Source of the DNA: Sandaracinaceae bacterium
GTDB taxonomy: Bacteria > Myxococcota_A > Polyangia > Polyangiales > Sandaracinaceae
Assembly (NCBI GenBank): GCA_044220955.1
Contig: JBGAQA010000074.1
Span: forward strand, 1 to 35,333
DNA length: 35,333 nt
Direction of reading: 5' to 3'
Shown here: positions 27,690 through 35,333 of the stretch, piece by piece
Layout of the letters: each line of letters begins with the position of its first letter
Numbering within the stretch: position 1 is the stretch's first letter
Notes under the pieces: generated by a model
Databases searched by the model: none
What the model saw: only the letters and a program-made list of their open reading frames with translations
Told to the model about the DNA's origin: nothing
Made by a program: the position numbers and the translations under genes

Positions 27690-28670
27690 GTGCCGACGCG
27701 CGCTGAGCCGCGCCCCGGGGGCGCCCTTCGCGCGATGCTGACGGAGAACGTCGGGCTCAAGGCGACCTCGCTCGTGATCGCGGTGTTCCTCTTCTCGGTG
27801 GTGCGGGGGGCCGAGGACGCGCAGCGCTCCGTGCTCGTCGACGTGGTCGCCGTCCTGCCTCCGCCGACCGAGCCTCGGATCCTCACGAGCGACCTGCCGG
27901 CGAAGGTCCGGCTCACGCTGCGCGGCAGCCGCTCGCTCCTCAACTCGGTGCGCACCGACGACCTCGGCCCCGTCCAGGTGGACCTCTCGGAGACGCACGC
28001 GAGCGTGTACTACTTCGACGCGGAGCAGTTCTCGGTGCCGGCGGGCGTCGAGGTCACGCAGGTCTCGCCCGACGCGCTGCCTCTCACGTGGGCCGAGCGC
28101 GCGCAGCGCATCCTGCCGGTGCAGGCGCGGCTCGACGGCCGTCCGGCGGCGGGCCTCATGGTCACGGGCGAGCCCTCGGTGCGCCCGAGCACCGTGACGC
28201 TGAGAGGTCCCGAGCCGGATCTCGCCACCATCGACCGGGTGTTGACGGAGCCGATCGCGCTCGCGACCCTCTCCGAGGGGCGCATCGAGCGGCGCGTCGC
28301 GCTCGCCCGACTCGGAGCGCACGTGGAGATCGTCGGCGACGAGGACGTGACGGTGCAGGTCGAGATCGCGCCCGAGATCGCGACGCGGCCGGTGCCGCGG
28401 CTCGAGGTGGCGGTGGTCGGCGGCGCGCTGCGCGACGTCCGGCCCACGCGCGTGCGCGTCACGCTCCGCGGCCCTCCGACGGCCCTGGACGCCATCGACG
28501 CTCCCTCGATCGTGCCCTACGTGGACGCGGCGGCGGTGGATCCCGCCGCGGGCACGCAGTCGGTGCTGGTGCGCGTGCGCGGCATCCCGGACGGCGTGGA
28601 GCTCGCGGGCGTGGATCCCGAAGAGGTGCTGGTGACGCCGGTGCCGGTGGCCGCGCCGCATCCGCATTGA
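27690..28670 (+). CDS. cdaR: CdaR/YbbR-domain regulator of diadenylate cyclase
   Basis: ENVGLKATSLVIAVFLFSVV anchor followed by three YbbR-like units (VRLTLRGS, VTLRGP, VRVTLRGP); follows cdaA; GGAGG before the GTG. Confidence 0.88.
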   Translation: MPTRAEPRPGGALRAMLTENVGLKATSLVIAVFLFSVVRGAEDAQRSVLVDVVAVLPPPTEPRILTSDLPAKVRLTLRGSRSLLNSVRTDDLGPVQVDLSETHASVYYFDAEQFSVPAGVEVTQVSPDALPLTWAERAQRILPVQARLDGRPAAGLMVTGEPSVRPSTVTLRGPEPDLATIDRVLTEPIALATLSEGRIERRVALARLGAHVEIVGDEDVTVQVEIAPEIATRPVPRLEVAVVGGALRDVRPTRVRVTLRGPPTALDAIDAPSIVPYVDAAAVDPAAGTQSVLVRVRGIPDGVELAGVDPEEVLVTPVPVAAPHPH

Positions 28671-28726
28671 GCGACCGTGCGCTCAGCGCCCGCGGCCCTC
28701 GGGTATCCTCCGGACCGGAGGGGACG

Positions 28727-31700
28727 ATGGAACACGCTGCTCGCTGGGTCGCCCTGGTCGCAATTCTCGCGAGCGCAGGCTGCGGCGGGCCTTCGGCCAC
28801 CGACGGCGGCGCGTCGGGGATCGACGCAGGGGCGGACGCGTCGGGGATCGACGCAGGGGCGGACACGTCGGGAATCGACGCGAGGGCGGACGCGCCCCGC
28901 TCGGACGCGCCGGGCCTGGACGCGTGGACCGACGGCGGCCGGACCGACGCCGGACCCGTCGTCGACGACGACCGGGACGACGACGGAGTCCCGGACACGC
29001 TCGACGCCCTGCCCGACGACCCGCTCGAGTGGGCGGACAGCGACTCGGACGGCGTCGGGAACCTCGCCGATACCGACGAGGACGGCGACGGGGTGCTCGA
29101 CACGGCCGACGCGCTGCCGTTCGACCCTGGCGGCTCGGCCATCCCGACCCCGCCCATCGTGCCGTCCGCGCTGCCGTCGGGCGCGCCTGCGCTCGGCGCG
29201 CTCCCCGTCCGGCTGGTGATCACGCTGGGAGGCGCCGCGGGCGACGCCGCCCACGTCGCGCTCGGCGCGGGCCTCGCCACGGGCGTGACCCTGGTGGTGG
29301 AGGGGACCGGCGCGCGCACGCTCGACGTGCTCGCGCTCGAGTCGTCCGTGGTGCTCTTTCCGCAGCGTGAGCGCTCGAGCGCACGTCGGCGCGAGATCAG
29401 CTTCGCGCCCGAGACGGCCGACGTCGTCCTCGGGCTCGACGCCGCCGGGCGCGCGGGTGGGGCGCGCGACTTCACGGTGACGATCGTGGCCGACGCGGAT
29501 CTCGACGGTCTCGACGACGCGCGCGAGCTCGCGCTCGGGATGCGACCGTTCGACCCCGACCCCGACGCCGACGGCCTCGACGACGCCGAAGAGCTCGTCG
29601 CCGCGCCGGATCCCGATGGCGACGGCGTGCCCGCGTTCCTCGACGACGACTCGGACGGGGACGGCATCGCGGATCGCGACGAGCCCGCCGTCGACCACGA
29701 CGGGGACGCCCTGCCCGCATTCGTCGACCCCGACGCCGACGGCGACGGTACCGGAGATCTCGGAGCGGACCCGGCGGACGACCTCGACGCGGACGGTCTC
29801 TCCGACTTCCTGGACGTCGACGACGACGGGGACGGCCTGCGCGACGCGGTCGACGCCGCGCCCAGGGTGCCGCTGAGCGTCGACCTCGATCCCCGCACCG
29901 GAGTCGTGGTCAGCGCCCTGGCCACGGTGCTCGGCGCCGACGTCGCCCCCGGCGCGATCGTGCCGGGCCAGACGCTGGTCGTCTCGGGCCAGAACCTCGA
30001 CGGTCCGGGGACGCTCGTCGCCATCTTCGGCGCCTCCGGACCGACGCCGCTCTCGGTCGTTCCGACCTCGGTCGCGGCCACCGAGCTGCGCGTGCTCGCC
30101 CCGAGCGGCGCCACCTCGCCCGTGCGGATCGTCCGAGGCGTCATGGCGTCGGAGCCGATGTCGGCGACCGTGGTCGATCTCGCCGAGGCAGAGCCCTTGC
30201 TCTTCGAACAGCCGACCGCCACCACGTGGCCGGCGCCCCTCCGCGGCAGGAACCTCGAGCGGATCTACCGCCTGCACCTGGGCGACCGTCGCCTCGCCCC
30301 GGATTTCTCCACGGGCGTGCCCGCGATCCAGGCCGAGGGAAGCGGTCTCTTGCGCGTGGAGAGCCTCGACGGCACGAGCAACGAAGTGCCGCTGCGGATG
30401 AGCATGCCCGGTGTCACGGTCAGCCTCGCGCTGCCGAGCGGGAGCACGCTCGACCCATCCACGTTCGTCGTCTCCGGGGCCCTCGAGGACGCGCCGGACT
30501 CGGGTGGAAGCGCGACCTTCGCGCCGCCGCTCGCTTCGGCGGGGCAAGGTGGCGAGCTGATCTCCGCCATCTCGGTCGACGGGCTCGGCGCGGGGCACGA
30601 CTGCATGGCGCTCGCCGCCTACGCGATCGACGGCTTCGCCGGCGGGATCGACGCCACGACGACCGCGACTGCGCTCGCGCTCGTGCACACCAGCGGCCTC
30701 TCCCGCGTGGACCGGACGGCGGCCGAGACGCTGCGCGGTCGCTTCGCGGCGCTCCCCGAGACGGCCGCGCTCGCGACGCACATCGATGCACGGCTCGCGG
30801 CCGACGACCGGTGCCCGCTGGATGCTCCGGACGCGGCGATGCGGGACGCCATCGTCGCGCTCGCCGTCGCGGCGGAGGCCGACCTGAGCGCGGGCCTGAC
30901 GGACGGCACGCTACGCGCGCCGGGTCCGTCCACGTTCGTCGCACCGCGGTTGCCGCTGCGCGTCGCGACGATCACCCCCGAGCAGTCCGACATCGCGGTC
31001 CTTCAGACCGCGGGCACCGAGAACGTCGAGGTCGAGAACGACAGCTCGCTGAACCTCTCGGCGCGGATCGAGACCGCGCCCGAGGGCCGTGTCCTGGTGC
31101 CTCACGTGGGCGGGTACTTCGACGAGCACGTGATCGGCGGGCAGTCGGGCGTCCTGACGCTCTACCGTGCGTCGACGTCGTCCTTCGATCAGCCCCGCGC
31201 CCGCGACGCGCTGGTCGAGGTCATCACGCCCGGCGTGCTCGCGCCGTTCCCGTCGGACGCCGCGCGCCGGGAGACGCAGCAGCTGCTCGCGCTCCGCACC
31301 GCGGTCGAGGGCTTCGTGCTGCCCGCCATCGACGCGACCGTCGGGGGGCTCGGCCCGCGGCAGGAGGCGGTGCTCCACCTCATCCTCCAGCAGGGCTACC
31401 TCGGCGTGCTCGACGCACGCATGGCGTACGACGCGCACGACCTGCCGGGCTTCGTGTCGGCGGTGCTCGGCATCGTACTGCGCGACCTCGACGGCATCGG
31501 CCCCATCACGCAGGGCCTCGCGCAGCTCCTGGGCGGCGCGGTGGTCGCGCGCGTATCACGCAGGCTCGCGGCGCGCTTGGTCCCGATCCTCGGGCAGATC
31601 GCCACCATCGCCGACGTCGCCGGCACGACCGCGGGTCTGACGAACATGGGCAAGCTCATCGTCGACATGGCGACCACGCCGGGCGTGCTGCGCTACGACG

Positions 31701-32758
31701 TACAGTTCGGATTCGCGATCGATCGCGTCGAGCCGCTCGTGGTGGAACGCGCGTACCGACCGGCGCAGGTCACCCTCCACGGGGCGAGCTTCTGGGGGCT
31801 CGACCTCGGGCGCCGCGTGCGTCCACGCGTTCGCGTCCGTGACGGCGGCTCGGGCGCCGAGCGCACGTACGACGTCGCGCAGATCTCCCTGGATGGCACC
31901 GAGCTCACCGTCGTCGTGCCCGGCGACTTCATGGCGACGGCGGTCGGCCCCCTCTTCTTCGCGGTCGATCGCGCAGGCGAGCGGATGGAGCACCCGGTCG
32001 GCGTCGCCGTCGAGCAGACGCTCCGTCTCGCGTCGACGGCACCCGACCCCATCGGTCCGGGGCAGCGCATGCTCCTCTCCGGCGCGGGGTTCGGGCCCGA
32101 TCCTCGCCGCGTACGCGTCTGGTTCTACGGCGTCGACGGCTCGGGGACCGAGGTCCAGCTGCGCGGGCGCGTGGTCGAGCACACGCGCACGGAGCTGGCG
32201 GTGATCACGCCGAGCGGGCTCGCCGCCGACCGTTCCTGGGAGGTGGAGGTCGACGTCACCGAGCCGTCCGGGGCGCTCGCGACGTCCAACCGCCTCGCGC
32301 TGAACGTGCGCTGCGCCGATCTCGCAGGCACCGTCTGGGACCTCACGGCGACGTTCGACCTGTGCACCACGCCGCGCCGGTCGCACTTCCTGGTGGTGTT
32401 CGATCGCTTCATCCATCCGCTCAATCCCTCTGTGCGCACCGGCGCCGTGCTGCTCGAGAGCGGCAACCCGGCGAGCGACGGGCGCGCCGCCTTCGCCGTC
32501 ACGTCGTCATGCGGCCCCGACAACCGCCTCTATCTCGTCGGCGATGACGCCTCGGTCGGCGTCATCGGTGCCGACTTCTTTCCCCACTCCACGCACGCGA
32601 CCGAGGTCGTCGTCGCGGATCGACGCTATCCGACGGTGGGCAGCCTCTCGCCCGACGGCCGGAGCTTCCGCTGGTTCTCGAGCTACCTCGGCGGCTGCTC
32701 CGGCGCGCTCGGATTCCCGCTCGTCCCCGACCGCGTGGTCATGCGCCGGAGGGAGTGA
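28727..32758 (+). CDS. Large surface lipoprotein (1343 aa) with thrombospondin type 3-like Ca-binding repeats and IPT/TIG-like beta domains
   Basis: ATG 28727 with GGAGGGG RBS and TATCCT -10-like box at 28704; lipobox LASAGC; DxDxDG clusters at about 28964-29130 and 29490-29862; PGQTLVVSGQNL and PGQRMLLSGAGFG are IPT-like. Confidence 0.85.
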   Translation: MEHAARWVALVAILASAGCGGPSATDGGASGIDAGADASGIDAGADTSGIDARADAPRSDAPGLDAWTDGGRTDAGPVVDDDRDDDGVPDTLDALPDDPLEWADSDSDGVGNLADTDEDGDGVLDTADALPFDPGGSAIPTPPIVPSALPSGAPALGALPVRLVITLGGAAGDAAHVALGAGLATGVTLVVEGTGARTLDVLALESSVVLFPQRERSSARRREISFAPETADVVLGLDAAGRAGGARDFTVTIVADADLDGLDDARELALGMRPFDPDPDADGLDDAEELVAAPDPDGDGVPAFLDDDSDGDGIADRDEPAVDHDGDALPAFVDPDADGDGTGDLGADPADDLDADGLSDFLDVDDDGDGLRDAVDAAPRVPLSVDLDPRTGVVVSALATVLGADVAPGAIVPGQTLVVSGQNLDGPGTLVAIFGASGPTPLSVVPTSVAATELRVLAPSGATSPVRIVRGVMASEPMSATVVDLAEAEPLLFEQPTATTWPAPLRGRNLERIYRLHLGDRRLAPDFSTGVPAIQAEGSGLLRVESLDGTSNEVPLRMSMPGVTVSLALPSGSTLDPSTFVVSGALEDAPDSGGSATFAPPLASAGQGGELISAISVDGLGAGHDCMALAAYAIDGFAGGIDATTTATALALVHTSGLSRVDRTAAETLRGRFAALPETAALATHIDARLAADDRCPLDAPDAAMRDAIVALAVAAEADLSAGLTDGTLRAPGPSTFVAPRLPLRVATITPEQSDIAVLQTAGTENVEVENDSSLNLSARIETAPEGRVLVPHVGGYFDEHVIGGQSGVLTLYRASTSSFDQPRARDALVEVITPGVLAPFPSDAARRETQQLLALRTAVEGFVLPAIDATVGGLGPRQEAVLHLILQQGYLGVLDARMAYDAHDLPGFVSAVLGIVLRDLDGIGPITQGLAQLLGGAVVARVSRRLAARLVPILGQIATIADVAGTTAGLTNMGKLIVDMATTPGVLRYDVQFGFAIDRVEPLVVERAYRPAQVTLHGASFWGLDLGRRVRPRVRVRDGGSGAERTYDVAQISLDGTELTVVVPGDFMATAVGPLFFAVDRAGERMEHPVGVAVEQTLRLASTAPDPIGPGQRMLLSGAGFGPDPRRVRVWFYGVDGSGTEVQLRGRVVEHTRTELAVITPSGLAADRSWEVEVDVTEPSGALATSNRLALNVRCADLAGTVWDLTATFDLCTTPRRSHFLVVFDRFIHPLNPSVRTGAVLLESGNPASDGRAAFAVTSSCGPDNRLYLVGDDASVGVIGADFFPHSTHATEVVVADRRYPTVGSLSPDGRSFRWFSSYLGGCSGALGFPLVPDRVVMRRRE
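28811..28891 (+). repeat. 27-bp tandem repeat x3 (ASGIDAGAD) in the lipoprotein tether
   Basis: 28811-28837 equals 28838-28864 exactly; 28865-28891 is degenerate. Confidence 0.92.
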
Positions 32759-32808
32759 GCGGAGACCGGGCGCGGCCGCGCGTCGGGCTCGGAGGATCGA
32801 CGGGCCGT

Positions 32809-33774
32809 TCAGGCCGCGGCGGCCTTGCGCTTCTTCTGCTTGGCGCCCTCGGGCGCCGCCTCGCCGGCTTGCTCGAGGGTCTTGAAGAACGCGCGCTCGA
32901 GCGTCTGCACGAGCGGAGCGAGGTGGCGGATCTGGTGCCCGCCCTCGACGGCCGCGCGCAGGATCTCGTCGGCGCCCTTCCCCTTCGGCGCGCGCACCTC
33001 GAGCGAGCTGCCGTCGCGCTTCACGATGAAGCCCGTCTCCTCGAGGGTCTTCATGAACGCCGCGGGGTCGCCCTTCGCGCGCACCTCGAACATGCCCTCC
33101 TCGGGCGAGACGAGCGGCGCGAGCGCGCCCGCGTAGAGCACCTTGCCGCCGGCGACGACGACGACCTGGTCACACGTCTTCTCGACGTCCGGCAAGATGT
33201 GCGTCGAGAGGATCACGCTCGCGCCGGTGCGGCGCGGGATGTCGAGGACGAGCGCGAGCATCTCGTCGCGGCCCGCCGGATCGAGACCGCTCGTCGGCTC
33301 GTCGAGCAGGAGCAGCTTCGGGTCCCCGACGAGCGCCTGCGCGAGGCGCGCGCGCTGACGCATGCCGGTCGAGTAGGACCCGAGGCGGCGGTAGCGCGCC
33401 TCGCCGAGGCCGACGTAGTGCAGCACCTGGTGGGCACGCCCGGTGGCGTCGGCGCGCGGCAGCCCGCAGAGCTCGCCCGCGAGTGTCACGAACTGCAGCG
33501 CCGTCAGCTCCGGCAGCACCGAGTCACCCTCGGGCATGTAGCCGATGCGCGAGCGCACCTCGAAGGGCTCCCGCACCACGTCGTGGTCGAACACCTTGAG
33601 CGTGCCGTGGTCGGGCTTGATCAGGCCGAGCAGCGACTTGAGGAGCGTGCTCTTGCCGGCGCCGTTCGGGCCGAGCAGGCCGATCCGCCCCGGCTCGAGC
33701 GTGAGCGACACGTCCTTCAGCGCGCGGAGCTCGCCGTAGCGCTTCTCCAGACCCTCGATCTCGATGAGCGGCAC
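32809..33774 (-). CDS. ABC transporter ATP-binding protein (ABC-2/exporter type)
   Basis: Walker A GPNGAGKS, signature YSTGMRQR, Walker B LLLLDEPTSGLD, H-loop STH. Confidence 0.95.
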   Translation of the reverse strand: MPLIEIEGLEKRYGELRALKDVSLTLEPGRIGLLGPNGAGKSTLLKSLLGLIKPDHGTLKVFDHDVVREPFEVRSRIGYMPEGDSVLPELTALQFVTLAGELCGLPRADATGRAHQVLHYVGLGEARYRRLGSYSTGMRQRARLAQALVGDPKLLLLDEPTSGLDPAGRDEMLALVLDIPRRTGASVILSTHILPDVEKTCDQVVVVAGGKVLYAGALAPLVSPEEGMFEVRAKGDPAAFMKTLEETGFIVKRDGSSLEVRAPKGKGADEILRAAVEGGHQIRHLAPLVQTLERAFFKTLEQAGEAAPEGAKQKKRKAAAA

Positions 33775-33936
33775 GTCGCGTGTCTACGTCGAACGCGCCC
33801 CGCGGGCAATCCGGTCGCACGCGGCCGCTTCGAGGGGACGTCACCACCGCGCTCGACGTGCCGCACACCCGCAGATCGCGCTGGGCGCCCGGGGGAAGCG
33901 CCAGCAGGCACGCGATCGTGGCCGCACCGCGCACGC

Positions 33937-34884
33937 TCAGTCGACCACCATCATCGGCTCGCGGGCGACGCAGATGCGGCCATCGCCCTCGGCCTTGGCG
34001 CGCAAGAGAGCGCGGTCGGCGGCGCGCAGGAGCAGGTCGCGCGAGCCGATGTTGGGCGAGGGAAAGAGCGAGATGCCGATCGAAACGGTCACCCGGACGC
34101 CCCCGGCGCCCGAGTCGACGGGCTTGTCCCCGACCGAGCGCGAGATCCGCTGCGCGACCGCGAGCGCGCCGCCGAGGTGCGTCGAGGGGAGCAGCACGAC
34201 GAACTCCTCGCCGCCGTAGCGCGTCACGACGTCGATCTCGCGGACCGCGGCGCGCAGGCGCTCGCCGATCTCGCGCAGCACCACGTCCCCCGTCTCGTGG
34301 CCCATGCGCTCGTTGATCGCCCGCAGGTGATCGACGTCGACGAACGCCACCGCGAGCGGCTCGTGGTGGCGCTCGGCGCGCTTCCACTCCTCCGCGAGGC
34401 GCGTCTGGAGGTAGCGGACGTTGTAGAGGCCCGTGAGGTCGTCGACGATGGCGGTCTCGCGCAGCTTGTCGCGCTGCGCGCTCACCTGGTCGAAGCTGCG
34501 CTTGAGCTTCACGAAGCTCGCAGCCCTCAGCAGCAGCTCGCGCGTGTCGAAGGGCTTGGCGAGGTAGTCGTCCGCGCCGATGCGCAGGCCCTCGAGGCGG
34601 CTGTCGGGATCGGTGCGCGAGGTCAGCAAGATCACGGGCAGGAAGCTGCCGCTGGCCTTGAGGATGCGGCAGCACTCGATGCCGCCGAGCCCGTCGAGGA
34701 CGACGTCGAGCAGGACGAGATCCAGCTCTTTTCGCTGGTGCATCTCGAGCAGCCTCCCGGCGCCCTCGAGCGCGTGGACCGCGTAGCCCTCGCTGCGCAG
34801 GAGCGACGCGACGCGGTCGCGCTGGATCTTGTCGTCGTCGACGACGGCGACACGTCCGAGGGAGAGGGGCGGCGACGAGGGCAC
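33937..34884 (-). CDS. Response regulator-diguanylate cyclase (REC-GGDEF); start uncertain (GTG 34884, ORF extends to 34926)
   Basis: REC (VAVVDDD, DLVLLDV, GADDYLAKPF); DDLTGLYN; I-site REID; active site RYGGEEF. Confidence 0.94.
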   Translation of the reverse strand: MPSSPPLSLGRVAVVDDDKIQRDRVASLLRSEGYAVHALEGAGRLLEMHQRKELDLVLLDVVLDGLGGIECCRILKASGSFLPVILLTSRTDPDSRLEGLRIGADDYLAKPFDTRELLLRAASFVKLKRSFDQVSAQRDKLRETAIVDDLTGLYNVRYLQTRLAEEWKRAERHHEPLAVAFVDVDHLRAINERMGHETGDVVLREIGERLRAAVREIDVVTRYGGEEFVVLLPSTHLGGALAVAQRISRSVGDKPVDSGAGGVRVTVSIGISLFPSPNIGSRDLLLRAADRALLRAKAEGDGRICVAREPMMVVD

Positions 34885-34935
34885 GGCAAGAGATAGCGCG
34901 TTGACGAGCGCGCGTCGCCCGCGCACGTTCTGCCC

Positions 34936-35217
34936 GTGGGAGAAGCCAAGAAGAAGCGAGGCGCCAAGCCGCCCGCGAGGGAGCCGGAGCCGAGCCCGGC
35001 CCCTGCAACGCGCAGGGACGCGACGGCGTCGGGCCCGCTGCGGGTCGGCGCGGTCGCGATGGTCATCGTCGCGTTCGTGTTCGGCTCGATGTGGCTGCGC
35101 AGCCGGGGCCAGACGCAGTCGGGGCGGACGGATCCGCCGCCCTCGAGCGGGACGCCCCCCGCGACGACGACGCTCGCACCGACGGCGCTCCCGAGCGAGC
35201 GCCCCGAGGCCGTGTAG
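34936..35217 (+). CDS. Short single-TM hypothetical protein, probably 3'-truncated
   Basis: Basic/Pro-rich N-terminus, TM VGAVAMVIVAFVFGSMWL, Pro/Thr linker, then a stop inside the antisense aminotransferase fragment. Confidence 0.5.
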   Translation: MGEAKKKRGAKPPAREPEPSPAPATRRDATASGPLRVGAVAMVIVAFVFGSMWLRSRGQTQSGRTDPPPSSGTPPATTTLAPTALPSERPEAV

Positions 35218-35327
35218 TCGGCGTAGGTCACCCGGCGCGGACCGTACGGACCGTCGAGGACGCTGTCGTCTCCCAGGATGGAGGCGCGGATCGTTTCGAC
35301 GAGGGGCTCGCGGGAATCGGCGGTCAT
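35190..35327 (-). pseudogene. 5' fragment (about 46 codons) of an aminotransferase class V / cysteine desulfurase-like PLP enzyme
   Basis: IRASILGDDSVLDGPYGPRRVTYADYTASGRSL is a recognisable N-terminus of this family; similarity stops immediately afterwards. Confidence 0.75.
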
Positions 35328-35333
35328 CCGCGG

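Overview
Very GC-rich bacterial chromosomal DNA, most consistent with Myxococcota (Polyangia/Sandaracinaceae-like). This assignment is inferred from the Cys-rich lipoproteins, the MopE-like motif, and cdaA-cdaR occurring alongside TolC and lipoproteins. About 29 genuine genes can be read; most long ORFs in the track are GC-rich shadow frames. From left to right: an unusually long fused TRAP DctQ-DctM permease with four C-terminal Cys-bracketed acidic repeats; a small Cys/His- and Pro-rich leader ORF followed by a heavy-metal RND efflux operon (MFP, CusA/CzcA family, TolC family) and a GNAT; a HAMP class III adenylate cyclase; a NUDIX hydrolase; TRAP DctP plus a TatT lipoprotein (a TPAT system separated from its permease by about 8.8 kb); an MntA-HepT-like toxin-antitoxin pair whose toxin is internally deleted; a Cys-rich lipoprotein; a marR-BKACE-enoyl-CoA hydratase operon; orn; the tilS-ftsH-folP-cdaA-cdaR cluster without glmM; a 1343-aa Ca-binding-repeat surface lipoprotein; an orphan ABC ATPase; a REC-GGDEF diguanylate cyclase; and a junction with a truncated class V aminotransferase at the right edge. 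No rRNA, tRNA, CRISPR array or transposase was seen. The best candidates for new biology are the repeat-tailed, split TPAT transporter and a putative metal-sensing leader peptide/RNA switch ahead of the RND pump. All family calls come from motif recognition, not database searches.
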